Assembly (NCBI GenBank): GCA_964601905.1
Contig: CAZRPN010000001.1
Location: forward strand, 33,251 to 97,250
Origin: an uncultured Haliangium sp.
GTDB taxonomy: Bacteria; Myxococcota_A; Polyangia; HGW-17
Length of the DNA stretch: 64,000 nt
Direction: 5' to 3'
Part shown: one piece after another, positions 55,317 to 64,000 of the stretch
Layout: every line of letters begins with the position of its first letter
How positions within the stretch are numbered: the first letter of the stretch is position 1
The notes under the pieces: generated by a model
Seen by the model: the letters and a program-made list of their open reading frames with translations, nothing else
Databases searched by the model: none
Told to the model about the DNA's origin: nothing
Made by a program: the position numbers and the translations under genes

Positions 55317-57470
55317 CTAGACGCCGTAGTAGCAGCGGTTGGCCACGCGCCTGGAGCCCGGCGGGCACTGGAGGGGTTTGGGCGGCTGGCACTTGCCTTC
55401 CCGGTCACGGAGTTGTTTTCCGGGACAGGGACGGGTCCAGTCCTTGTGGAAAGGCAGGCACACGTCGAGGCGGTCCGAGGGGCGTCCATGGCCGGCCTGG
55501 CAGGGTGACGGAACGCAGCGGCCCTGCGGGTTGGCGAAGGTGCCGGCAGGACAGGTCACCGGCGGCGCGAGGCAGGCCTGCGTCTTGGCGTCCCGGACGG
55601 TCCCCTTCGGGCAGACATCCTGGACGCAGGCGCCCGACGGGAGCCGCTTCCAGCCGGCAGGACAGGTGCCGGTCACGCAGACGCCCGAGGCGTTGCGGAT
55701 CGACGTCCGCGGGCAGGTGTCCTCGACGCACTGTCCGTCGGTGCTGTTGTGGAAGCCGGCCGGGCAGACCTTGCGGGGCCCCGGATCGGCCGGATCCTTC
55801 GGAGGCGGGGCCAGTTGAATGCAGGTCTCCGAAATCGGATCCCGCCGGGTGTTGGCCGGACACAGTTTCGGCACGCAGCGGGTGCCGTCGGAGGAGAACC
55901 GCTCGGTGTCATCGCACTCCAGCGGCCCCTGGCACTTGCCGTCGGCGCCGCGCTTCTGGCCCTTGGGACAGGTCTGCCACACGCAGACCTGGGATCCCTC
56001 GGGGCGGAACTTGCCAGCCGGACAGGGGGCGCAGCGCATGCCCGGATCGCGGAAGCCGGTGGTGCCGCAGTCCACGGGCACGCAGTAGCTCAGACCGTCG
56101 GGCCGGAAGAAGCCCTCCTTGCAGAGGCAGGCGCCGGTCTGGGGATGCTTCTCGTGCCCCTCGGGGCAGGTGGCCGGCGCGCAGTGCAGGCCGTCCGGGC
56201 TCAGCAGCGTGTCGGCCGGACAGGCGCAGGCATGGGTCTTCGGATCGCGGATCGAGCCCGTCGGGCAAGTCTTGGCGACGCAGGAGGGCGCCACCGCGGG
56301 GCGGAACATGCCGGCCGCGCACGGGACGCACTGGTGCTCGGCGTCGCGCTCCTGGTGAAGCGGACAGGTCTGCGGCACGCAGCGGGTGCCCGCGGGGTTC
56401 ATCATCTGGTCCACCGGGCACACGCAGTTGCCCAGGGTGTCGCGGACCGCGCCGGCGGCGCACTGGATCGGCACGCACTGCAGGCGTCCGACGGGACGGA
56501 TCTGGCCGGCCGGGCAGGGCGGGAACGCGCACTCGTCGGTCTGGGCGTCGCGCTTGATGCCGCGCGGACACACCTTCTGCACGCAGCGCTTCTGGTCCGC
56601 GGACAGCCGCAGCGGTCCGGCGCAGGTGATCGCCACGCACTTCTGGGTCACGCCGTCGCGCTGGGTTCCGGCCGGGCACTGCAGCTCGACGCAGTAATCC
56701 TTGTCCATCGGACGGACCAGCCCGGACGGACAGGGGATCCAGTCACACTGCTTGGTGGCGGGGTTCCAGCGCTTCTGTGACTCGCAGGTGCGCGGCACGC
56801 AGGTGAAGGAGCCCGCCGGGCGCCACTGGCCCTCCTCGCAGGGATAGCACTTCAGATCCGAGGCCAGGAAGGCCTCCTCGCCGCAGTCCTTCAACTGGCA
56901 CTGGCCGTTCTTCAGTTCCAAGCCCTGCTTGCACGCGCACAGGCCGTCGGGGCCGCGGACGGCGCCCTTGGGGCAGCTCTCCGAGGAGACGCACAGGCCC
57001 TTGGCGTCGGCCACGGTGCCGGCCGGGCAGCGCGGCACGCAGGTGTCGAGCCCGGCCACCCGGAAGTGGCGGGCCGGACACTTCACCGGCACGCAGACGG
57101 CGGCCTTCGGACTCCAGCGCGAGCCGGCGGTGCAGCGCGCCTTGCAGGTCTGATCCTTGGCGCGGAGCTGGTCGGCGGCGCAGGTTCGCGGGACGCAGCG
57201 GGTCGCGCCCGGCAGGATCGCCGTCCCGGCCGCGCAGTAGCATCGGCCGTCGCTGCCGCGGAACTGGCCCGGCAGGCAGGTCGTCGGAACGCAGTAGCCA
57301 CCCTTGGGATGGGCCTGGAGCTTCTGGTCCCTGGGACACTGGCAGACCCCGGCCTTGTTGCGCGCGGCGCCCGCCGGACAGGGGGGTTTCGGCTTCGCCA
57401 GCGCCTCCGGAAGAACTATGTTCATGAAGATCGCAAAGATCACCAATGGACGAAAAATATTATTCATGAA
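55317..57470 (-). CDS. Large secreted cysteine-rich repeat protein (about 18 tandem Cys-rich modules of about 35-40 aa, resembling the Myxococcus-type cysteine-rich repeat)
   Basis: Signal peptide MNNIFRPLVIFAIFMNIVLPEALA. Recurring C-x-P-x-G-x-x-R/K-x-x-x-G-x-C-x-C modules (CPAGTQRDGVTQKCV, CPRGIKRDAQTDECA, CPAGQIRPVGRLQCV ...). Confidence 0.7.
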   Translation of the reverse strand, partial: FMNNIFRPLVIFAIFMNIVLPEALAKPKPPCPAGAARNKAGVCQCPRDQKLQAHPKGGYCVPTTCLPGQFRGSDGRCYCAAGTAILPGATRCVPRTCAADQLRAKDQTCKARCTAGSRWSPKAAVCVPVKCPARHFRVAGLDTCVPRCPAGTVADAKGLCVSSESCPKGAVRGPDGLCACKQGLELKNGQCQLKDCGEEAFLASDLKCYPCEEGQWRPAGSFTCVPRTCESQKRWNPATKQCDWIPCPSGLVRPMDKDYCVELQCPAGTQRDGVTQKCVAITCAGPLRLSADQKRCVQKVCPRGIKRDAQTDECAFPPCPAGQIRPVGRLQCVPIQCAAGAVRDTLGNCVCPVDQMMNPAGTRCVPQTCPLHQERDAEHQCVPCAAGMFRPAVAPSCVAKTCPTGSIRDPKTHACACPADTLLSPDGLHCAPATCPEGHEKHPQTGACLCKEGFFRPDGLSYCVPVDCGTTGFRDPGMRCAPCPAGKFRPEGSQVCVWQTCPKGQKRGADGKCQGPLECDDTERFSSDGTRCVPKLCPANTRRDPISETCIQLAPPPKDPADPGPRKVCPAGFHNSTDGQCVEDTCPRTSIRNASGVCVTGTCPAGWKRLPSGACVQDVCPKGTVRDAKTQACLAPPVTCPAGTFANPQGRCVPSPCQAGHGRPSDRLDVCLPFHKDWTRPCPGKQLRDREGKCQPPKPLQCPPGSRRVANRCYYGV

Positions 57471-57800
57471 ACCTCCAACCATCCGCCAAAAGCACGCAGC
57501 AAAAAATCGAAAACCGGCAAAAAGACGGATGCCTGTTCGGTTTTCTTCATATCCCAAGGACTGAAACTGCGCAAATAAAGTGATGGATCCGAAATTCGCA
57601 GTGATTTCATATACTTATAAATTTTGCTCAAAGTCAATGTGTCCTTTTTGACCATGCACTGCGCCCATGTTACGTACGTGTTTCAAGTGTTTTTTCGACC
57701 GGCTTTCGGAAAAAACGGACCGTCCTTGCCATCGGGAAGCCAAATGGGTTAACTCATAACGGTTTGCGGCCCCGTTGCTCGCAACCTCACGATCACGAAC
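57471..57800. other. Putative chromosomal replication origin region (AT-richer divergent intergenic region upstream of dnaA)
   Basis: AT-rich stretches (ATATACTTATAAATTTTGC, GTGTTTTTTCGACC) in an otherwise GC-rich genome. Adjacent dnaA. Gene-strand switch: minus-strand genes 46.7-57.5 kb, plus-strand dnaA after. No perfect TTATCCACA box seen. Confidence 0.3.
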
Positions 57801-59093
57801 ATGAACAGCACTTTGTGGAATCAGATCTCATCCATTCTGGAGCAGGAAATCCTGCCGCTGAACTTCAGCCTGTTCCTCTCGGGGGTGGGCGTGTCCGGCG
57901 ATCAGGATGAGCTGGTTCTGACCTGTGCCAACGAGTTCGTGCTCGGACAGGTCCGCGCCAATTACCAGGATCGGATCTGCGAGCTGGCACGCGGGTTGGC
58001 CGGAAAGGACATCGCGGTCCGGGTCACCTGTGAAGCCGCGCCCGCGGCCCCGGCCCCGCCGAAGGCGGCGCCGCGCCCGGCCCGGGAGCCCGTCGCCCAT
58101 CCGTCGGCCGTCGTCCTGCCTTCGGAGGTCGTCGAGGGCCCCGAGAACCTGTTCCCCTGGCAGGCCCTCCGGCAGGCCGTCGCGTTTCCGGGCCGGTACA
58201 ATCCGCTGTTCGTGCACGGCAAGACCGGCACCGGCAAGTCGCTGTACCTGCAGACGCTCGCTGCGAGCTTCGAGAAGCGCGGCAGGAAGGTCCTCGTCCT
58301 GCGCGGCTTCGAGTTCATGAACCAGTACACCATGGCGGTCCAGAACCGCGCCTACGAGGCGTTCTACCAGCGCTTCCGGGGTCTGGATCTGCTGTGCATC
58401 GACGACGTGCAGTACCTCGAGGGCAAGGACCGGACCCAGGAGACCTTCCAGAACATCTTCGAGGGGCTCTATGACTCCGGGGCCCAGATCGCCCTCTCGG
58501 CCGACCGACCGCCGGGCGCGATCCCGGGCATGCTCGATGCGCTCGTGTCACGCTTCACCTGGGGGCTGATCGTGGAGCTGGCGCCGCCCTCGGAGATCAC
58601 CCGTCGCCGGCTCATCGAGTGCTGGAGCCGCCAGGCGCAGCCCCTGCCGGCCCCGGTGGTGGAGCGGCTCGTCGCCCATCCGTTCGCCAGCGTGCGCGCC
58701 TTCGAGGGCGTCCTGACGCGGCTCTGGGCGCAGATGGAGATCTTCGGCCGTCCGGTGGGCCTGCGGGAGACGCAGGAGGAACTGGAGCGGACCGGAGAGG
58801 AGACCGCGCCCCTGGGGCTGGCCGAGATCGAGCGCATCGTGTGCACCCATTATCAACTCAGCTCCCGGGAGTTGACCGGGAAGGACCGCTCGCTGCGGGT
58901 CGCACGTCCGCGCCAGATGGCCATGTACCTGGCGAAGAAGCATGGCGGTTCGAGCTATCCGGTCATCGGCGATTACTTCGGCATGAAGAGCCACTCCTCC
59001 GTCATCAGCGCCTGCCGGCGCATCGAGAAGCTGCGCCGCAGCGACCGTCAGTTGTCCCTGGACCTCGACGAAATCGAAAAAAACATAAAATAG
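57801..59093 (+). CDS. dnaA: Chromosomal replication initiator DnaA (short form, 430 aa)
   Basis: AAA+ domain III (FVHGKTGTGKSLYL, box VII), domain IV DNA-binding helix (MAMYLAKKHGGSSYPVIGDYFGMKSHSSVISACRRIEKL). Confidence 0.85.
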   Translation: MNSTLWNQISSILEQEILPLNFSLFLSGVGVSGDQDELVLTCANEFVLGQVRANYQDRICELARGLAGKDIAVRVTCEAAPAAPAPPKAAPRPAREPVAHPSAVVLPSEVVEGPENLFPWQALRQAVAFPGRYNPLFVHGKTGTGKSLYLQTLAASFEKRGRKVLVLRGFEFMNQYTMAVQNRAYEAFYQRFRGLDLLCIDDVQYLEGKDRTQETFQNIFEGLYDSGAQIALSADRPPGAIPGMLDALVSRFTWGLIVELAPPSEITRRRLIECWSRQAQPLPAPVVERLVAHPFASVRAFEGVLTRLWAQMEIFGRPVGLRETQEELERTGEETAPLGLAEIERIVCTHYQLSSRELTGKDRSLRVARPRQMAMYLAKKHGGSSYPVIGDYFGMKSHSSVISACRRIEKLRRSDRQLSLDLDEIEKNIK

Positions 59094-59249
59094 GTCGGAC
59101 AGGTCACAGTTGATCAGGTTCGATGAGCTTTTTTACCGCCCGCATGGGGCGGTTGTCCGATTGTAGCCCATGGTTGGGCGACCGGGGACGGTCGCTCTAC
59201 CGTGGGAAAACATCAATTTTGTGGTGGAAGATCAAACAGAGGAAAAAGA

Positions 59250-60512
59250 CTACTCGCCGCCTTCGCCGCCGCCTTCGCCGCCGCCGCCGCTCTCTTCAGG
59301 TGCGGCGACTTCGCCGCCGGCTTCGGTGTCGGCTGCGCCATCGGAGGAGGTCGCTTCCTCGGCGTTCTTGCGCATCAGGGTGGAGACCTTCGCCTCCTTC
59401 TGCATCTTGGCGTTGGCACTGGAGGACTTGCCCATGGCCAGCAGGCCGATGGGCATCAGGGAGAGCACTGCCGCGATGAACCCGATGGTGAAAACGGACC
59501 GGGCGATGGGCGTGTGTTCCATGGCCATGCGTTCGAAGCGGGTGGCCTCGCCCATCGGCAGGGCTTCGGTGATGACCGGGCGCTCGGGCACCGGAGCATC
59601 GAGCTTGTAATCGCCGGCGCCCAGCATGACGGCTTCTTCCTTCATGCGGCCGATGCGGCCCACGGCGGACATGGCGATGACCACCAGCGGGATGGCGCCG
59701 AGCAGGGAGAAGATCAGGACCATCACGTTCCCCTGGTAGAACCCGGCGATGTAATAGCGGTAGATGTAGGCGGCCAGGATGCCGACCAGGAACACGCCGC
59801 AGACATGCAGGAAGCCGTCACGATGACGCTTGTGCGCCATGTACCCGGCGGCGCCCATGAGCAGCAGGATGGTGATGAAGATGATGATCGTGAAGACCAT
59901 GTCGCCGTTGAGCACGGAGGCGGGCATCGAAGCCAGCACCGACATCTTCTGGACGTCGAGGGGGGGCATGCTCAGCACGTCCGGGCCCTTGCCGTCCTTG
60001 CCGAGCTTGCCGGCGAACATCGGCTCGGTGGCATAGCACTTGAAGCCGTTGGACTTGACGATCTCGGTGTTGAGCTTGGAGCAGGCCTCGGCCTTGTCCG
60101 CGTAGTCCTCGGCGAACTTCTTGTCGATTTCCTTGAAGTCCGGGGCCGCGAAGGCGCCGACCATCTTGCAGGTCAGGAAGGCGGCTTCCATGTTGAAGCG
60201 CGCGGGCGTGCAGCCGGCCGGCTCTGCGATGACCACACATTCCTTGTTTTTCAGGCGATCCCCTTCGCAGGGGGCGGGGGTGCCGATCTTGTACATCCCG
60301 AGCGGGATGATCAGGGTCATGACGCCCATTCCGATGAAGTACCACAACTTGGTGGTGAGTTTGGTGCCCTCGGGAGCGGGTCCCTGGGAGCCGTAGGAGC
60401 CCATCGACCCGTAGTCGAACTGTCCTCCGGCCGGCGGAGCGGGCGGCATCGCATTCTGATTCTGGGGTTCCAAAGGCGGCATTCCGGTCTGATCGTTCAT
60501 GCGGTCCTCCAT
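59250..60512 (-). CDS. Hypothetical membrane protein with a Cys-containing extracytoplasmic region, several TM helices and a Gly/Glu-rich C-terminal tail
   Basis: ORF with TM helices (LWYFIGMGVMTLIIPLGMY, MVFTIIIFITILLLMGAAGYM, etc.). No family assignable. Confidence 0.5.
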   Translation of the reverse strand: MEDRMNDQTGMPPLEPQNQNAMPPAPPAGGQFDYGSMGSYGSQGPAPEGTKLTTKLWYFIGMGVMTLIIPLGMYKIGTPAPCEGDRLKNKECVVIAEPAGCTPARFNMEAAFLTCKMVGAFAAPDFKEIDKKFAEDYADKAEACSKLNTEIVKSNGFKCYATEPMFAGKLGKDGKGPDVLSMPPLDVQKMSVLASMPASVLNGDMVFTIIIFITILLLMGAAGYMAHKRHRDGFLHVCGVFLVGILAAYIYRYYIAGFYQGNVMVLIFSLLGAIPLVVIAMSAVGRIGRMKEEAVMLGAGDYKLDAPVPERPVITEALPMGEATRFERMAMEHTPIARSVFTIGFIAAVLSLMPIGLLAMGKSSSANAKMQKEAKVSTLMRKNAEEATSSDGAADTEAGGEVAAPEESGGGGEGGGEGGE

Positions 60513-60893
60513 GAAAGTGATTGATTCCTACCTTACCGGAAGATACGGAGTCAAGAACTAGTTCTCCGTTTTTTCGATCAAAACGGGAAAAAGTCGTCCG
60601 GCAGGATCGGATCCGGGTCATCCCCCGGGGGGAGGGAACGGGTGGGCAGCATCCATGGGACCGGGCCTCTGGAAAAACCGCCTCCAGGGAGACGGTCGAT
60701 CGGCGTCACGCAAAGACGGCCGAACCGGAACCACCGCCGGCGCGTCGACCGCAGCCGGACAGGAAGGAAGTACGGAGCTTCGCGGTTCCGTACCGCTCCA
60801 GGAGCTGTCCACCGGCTCCCGGGTATGGTATAAAACGGTTCTGACGAAGTTGCAATTATTGTTTCACTGTATTTTTCCAATGAGGAGAGAAAA

Positions 60894-61982
60894 GTGTTAT
60901 CGTTAATTCAAAAATTAGGCTATTTCCCGCGCACTGCGGTGTGGGAACTGACATTGGGCTGCAATCTTTGTTGTCGGCACTGTGGTTCGCGCGCCGGAAA
61001 ACCGAGGGATCGCGAACTGAGCGAGGAAGAGGCGTTCCGGCTCGCCGACGAACTGGTGGATCTCGGGCTGGAGCGGATCACCCTGTCCGGGGGCGAGCCC
61101 ACCCTGTCGCCGTACTGGGCGCAGCTGGGCGCCCGCCTGGTGGCCGCGGGCGTCAAGGTGAACATGATCAGCAACGGCATGGGATGGACCGGGGATCACG
61201 CGCGCCGCGCCAGGGAGGCCGGCTTCGAATCGGCGGCCTTCTCCATCGACGGCTTCGCCTTCGCCCATGACTACATCCGCGGCGTGGAAGGGGCCTTCGA
61301 GCACGTGCTCGAGGCCTTTGCGGCCTGTCGCGAGGCCGGGCTGCCCATCGGCGTGGTGACCACCGTGTACAAGCACAACTGGAAGGATCTGCGCAAGCTG
61401 CGCGCCTTCCTCCGCGAGCAGGGCGTGCGCTCGTGGCAGGTGCAGATCGGCAACCCGGCGGGCAACATGAGCGACCACCGGGATCTGGTGATCGTGCCAC
61501 GGGATCTGCTCGAGATCGTTCCCGAGCTGGCCGCCCTGCGCCGGGAGGAGGAGAAGCCCGACGTCTACATCGGCGACAACGTCGGCTACTTCGGCCCCTA
61601 TGAAAAGGATCTTCGGGACTCCGGCCGCGAGATCGACTTCTGGCTCGGCTGCCGGGCCGGACTGCAGGTCGTGGGCATCGAGAGCGACGGCGGCATCAAG
61701 GGCTGCCTGTCGCTGCCCTCGGAGCTCAACCGGGAGGATCGCTTCCTCGAGGGGAACGTGCGCGACCGGTCCCTGACCGACATCTGGTGCGATCCCGACG
61801 CGTTCTCCTACAACCGCAAGTTCACCGTCGAGCGCCTGTCCGGCTTCTGCTCGACCTGCAAGTACAACGAGGTCTGTCGGGGCGGCTGCCTGTGGACCTC
61901 GTTCTCGCACTCGGGGGACCGGTACGAGAACCCGTTCTGCTACTACCGCGTCGCGGTGGAGGCGGGCGTGATCGAACCCTGA
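60894..61982 (+). CDS. Radical SAM enzyme with a C-terminal SPASM/twitch domain (peptide/protein-modifying maturase family). GTG start.
   Basis: CNLCCRHC (Cx3Cx2C with the AdoMet cluster); GGEPTL; C-terminal auxiliary-cluster cysteines (GCLSLP..., FCSTCKYNEVCRGGC). AGGAGAG RBS. Confidence 0.8.
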   Translation: MLSLIQKLGYFPRTAVWELTLGCNLCCRHCGSRAGKPRDRELSEEEAFRLADELVDLGLERITLSGGEPTLSPYWAQLGARLVAAGVKVNMISNGMGWTGDHARRAREAGFESAAFSIDGFAFAHDYIRGVEGAFEHVLEAFAACREAGLPIGVVTTVYKHNWKDLRKLRAFLREQGVRSWQVQIGNPAGNMSDHRDLVIVPRDLLEIVPELAALRREEEKPDVYIGDNVGYFGPYEKDLRDSGREIDFWLGCRAGLQVVGIESDGGIKGCLSLPSELNREDRFLEGNVRDRSLTDIWCDPDAFSYNRKFTVERLSGFCSTCKYNEVCRGGCLWTSFSHSGDRYENPFCYYRVAVEAGVIEP

Positions 61983-61985
61983 ACC

Positions 61986-63233
61986 ATGTGGCAGATTGCG
62001 CTCCTTCTCCCGTTGCTGGCGTTCCCGGACTCCTTCGAGACCGCGCTGTCGGCGCACAGCTCCGAGCGGGCCCGCGTGTTCGCCAGGCCCGAGCTCGAGA
62101 CGCCCGTGATCGGCGTGGTGGAGCGCGACAACTGGTTTCCCATCCACGAGATCCTGAAGGACCGGCACTGTCCCGGGGGGTTCTTCCTGCGGATCGCGCG
62201 CGACCACTTCGTGTGCTCGGTCCACTTCGAACCGTCCGCGCGCTTCCCGACGCGCGCGGCCGTGGTGCCGGTGAACGGGCAGATGGACACGCCCCTGAGC
62301 TGGAAGCGCACCAAGGCGTCCACGCCCGTGTTCGCCTCCAGGGAGGACCGCCTGGCCGGGAAGCCCGCATATCTCCTGCCGCGCAACGCGCATCTGATGT
62401 ACCACAAACGCTTCGTCACGCTGAACGGCGAGTTGATGTACCTGACCTTGAAGGACTACCTGATCTCCTACGCGGAGCTGGAGCCGGCCAGCCCTTCGAC
62501 GTTCTCGGGAAGGCACACGCCGGCCCCGGCGGATCTCGCCTGGGCGGTCCTGTATCATTATCCGACCGTGCATCTGGTGGATCTGGACGGGGACCGGCCC
62601 CGGCGCCGGCTGCCGGACAAGACCTGGGTGAAGCTGGCGTCGGCTGTGCCGGTGATGCGCGGGAAGGCCGAATACTACCGTCTCGAGGACGGGTGGCACG
62701 TCTCCGGAGAGGACGTGCGGGTGTTCACGGTCGGCGAGCCGCCCGAAGGGATCGGCCCCCAGGAACGCTGGATCGAGGTGAACATGACCTCGCAGACGCT
62801 GGTCGCCTACGAGGGATCAAAGCCCGTGTTCCGTACGCTGATCTCCAGCGGACGCGTAGGCACCGACACCGTGCCGGGGTTGTACCGCATCTATTTCAAG
62901 AGGGCGCTCCAGGACGTGTCGCGCAAGCGCGGAAAGACGATGGATTATTTTTTTGAATCTGTCCCCTTCGTGCAGTTCTTCCATGGCGTGTTCGCGTTCC
63001 ACCCCGCCATGTGGCACCATGCGTACGGCTTTCCGCACAGCCAGGGCTGCGTGGAGACCTCCCTGCGGGACGGCGCCTTCCTGTTCGGCTGGACGCACCC
63101 GCGCGTGCCCGACGGCTATCTGGCGCTGACCGACTCCGTGGAGGATCCCGGCACGCTCGTGCGGATCGTCAGGTTCCCGGGGCACCGCGTCCGCGCCATG
63201 TTCCACCCCCGTGTGGTGCCCCCGGAAGACTAG
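61986..63233 (+). CDS. L,D-transpeptidase catalytic-domain (YkuD) protein with an N-terminal SH3b-like region
   Basis: YkuD core: NMTSQTLVAYEGSKPVFRTLISSGR...TVPGLYRIY...HSQGCVETS (His/Cys catalytic motif). Starts 4 bp after the rSAM stop. Confidence 0.75.
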   Translation: MWQIALLLPLLAFPDSFETALSAHSSERARVFARPELETPVIGVVERDNWFPIHEILKDRHCPGGFFLRIARDHFVCSVHFEPSARFPTRAAVVPVNGQMDTPLSWKRTKASTPVFASREDRLAGKPAYLLPRNAHLMYHKRFVTLNGELMYLTLKDYLISYAELEPASPSTFSGRHTPAPADLAWAVLYHYPTVHLVDLDGDRPRRRLPDKTWVKLASAVPVMRGKAEYYRLEDGWHVSGEDVRVFTVGEPPEGIGPQERWIEVNMTSQTLVAYEGSKPVFRTLISSGRVGTDTVPGLYRIYFKRALQDVSRKRGKTMDYFFESVPFVQFFHGVFAFHPAMWHHAYGFPHSQGCVETSLRDGAFLFGWTHPRVPDGYLALTDSVEDPGTLVRIVRFPGHRVRAMFHPRVVPPED

Positions 63234-63250
63234 TCTTGCCGGTCTCTTCC

Positions 63251-63976
63251 CTACTCCCAGTCAGCGGTCGATTTCAGCCCGGAGGACGGATCGGCGACGG
63301 GATCGGCGGCGGGATCCACGGGACCGTTGGAGACGGCCGTCGGCGCCGGGCGAGGGATCGCAGTTGGAGCGGAGCGAGGGACCGCCGGGCGTGCAGGGGC
63401 CGCAGAGTATCTCTGCCCCGCGGGCCTGGTGGAGGCCGCCGGCAGGATCCGCACCCGTGCGGTGTCGGCCGACGCCGGATCCGGGGAGCTCCCGACGCTG
63501 CTTCCGCCTGCAGGTCCGGCCGCCGGTGCCGGTCCGGGCGTCCCGAACTGTCCGCCGACCAGGCGCACCCTGCGGGGACTGACCGGCTCAGGTGCGGGGG
63601 AGGCGAGCCCGAAACCTCGCCAGAGGGGTACGGGACCGGCCGCGACCCGGCCCAGGCGCGGTGCCAGGACGTAGCCCGTCGCGAGGCCGAGCAGACCCAG
63701 CACCACGAACGCCACCGTCCGGATCGGGACGCGGCCCCGCCTCCTTCGCGGCCGCGGCAGCTCCACCACGACCGCAGGCCTTCTTAGGACCGGCACGGTG
63801 TCGGTCGGCTCCGCGGCGGGCAGGGGTTCCTCCCGCGTGATGGCGCGGTCCAGCTTCGTCGTCGGGCGTTCGTCGTTGCGGCCGCCGAGCTCCCAGGTGT
63901 CGGAGCGCTCGTCCCGGGCCAGCAGGATGGTGCTCTCCTCCGGGGGCGGCAGCGCGGTCTGGTGGGTGCGGATCAA
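63251..63976 (-). CDS. Hypothetical Pro/Ala-rich membrane-anchored protein (possibly 5'-truncated by the window end)
   Basis: Single TM (VAFVVLGLLGLATGYVLA), low-complexity Pro-rich remainder. Could be spurious in high-GC DNA. Confidence 0.3.
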   Translation of the reverse strand: MIRTHQTALPPPEESTILLARDERSDTWELGGRNDERPTTKLDRAITREEPLPAAEPTDTVPVLRRPAVVVELPRPRRRRGRVPIRTVAFVVLGLLGLATGYVLAPRLGRVAAGPVPLWRGFGLASPAPEPVSPRRVRLVGGQFGTPGPAPAAGPAGGSSVGSSPDPASADTARVRILPAASTRPAGQRYSAAPARPAVPRSAPTAIPRPAPTAVSNGPVDPAADPVADPSSGLKSTADWE

Positions 63977-64000
63977 CTGGGCCAGGGTGCTCGAGGAGTC

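Noticed and set aside
57558-57800. Possible tRNA or small RNA gene in the AT-richer region before dnaA
   Set aside because: No cloverleaf-compatible stems, no conserved GTTC/TΨC-like box and no acceptor-stem complementarity found by eye. Left as the putative oriC.
59094-59250. Hairpins CCGCCC-gcat-GGGCGG and GCGACC-gggac-GGTCGC after dnaA as intrinsic terminators
   Set aside because: The T-tract lies upstream rather than downstream of the first stem and neither is followed by a U-run on either strand. Too weak to call.

Overview
This is a 64-kb, visibly high-GC bacterial chromosomal segment. By eye it is roughly two-thirds G+C, apart from one ~1.2-kb AT-richer island at 45.5-46.7 kb. About 60 protein-coding genes are tightly packed and many adjacent genes are coupled by 4-bp ATGA stop/start overlaps. 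I found no rRNA, tRNA or CRISPR array.

Housekeeping genes make up much of the window: metG, alaS, tyrS, dnaA, nadA, surE, apt, birA, oadGAB, maf, ychF, a class-I aminotransferase and a split formiminotransferase/cyclodeaminase pair.

An accessory, envelope-associated set sits between them:
- a GldG-type ABC export operon
- an FG-GAP beta-propeller lipoprotein
- an OmpA-family outer-membrane protein
- a lipoprotein / stand-alone PASTA protein / TMEM260-like membrane protein operon
- a cNMP-binding protein followed by a sigma54 enhancer-binding regulator
- a COG4260 SPFH protein with a Gly/Pro/Gln/Tyr-rich repeat and three zinc ribbons
- an LD-carboxypeptidase translationally coupled to a CHAT-domain protease
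- a zinc-ribbon/AAA+/TPR STAND-like protein
- a large Cys-rich-repeat secreted protein
- a radical-SAM/SPASM maturase coupled to an L,D-transpeptidase

The content (sigma54 EBP, STAND-TPR, Cys-rich-repeat protein, FG-GAP, PASTA) suggests a Myxococcota-like deltaproteobacterium. That is an inference from gene content, not a database result.

The signals I rate highest:
1. A purine-rich dispersed repeat family (core GAGACTNCGGARAAGACGGAWRGGGAGCGG) occurs at five or more intergenic sites. In two cases the upstream gene's TGA stop codon lies inside the repeat's leading GTGAAG. Inverted copies bracket the low-GC island, which carries two paralogous small Cys-rich lipoproteins.
2. A perfect tandem array of about 7.5 copies of a 21-bp unit sits immediately upstream of the metG ribosome-binding site. 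Each unit carries the palindrome GTGGCG-CGGA-CGCCAC.
3. An orphan fliH/sctL - fliI/sctN-like stator/ATPase pair is translationally coupled downstream of nadA, with no export-gate genes in the window.
4. A putative oriC lies upstream of dnaA at about 57.5 kb, at the point where gene-strand bias switches.

The six-frame track contains many long antisense or out-of-frame ORFs, which are typical high-GC artefacts. I rejected those.
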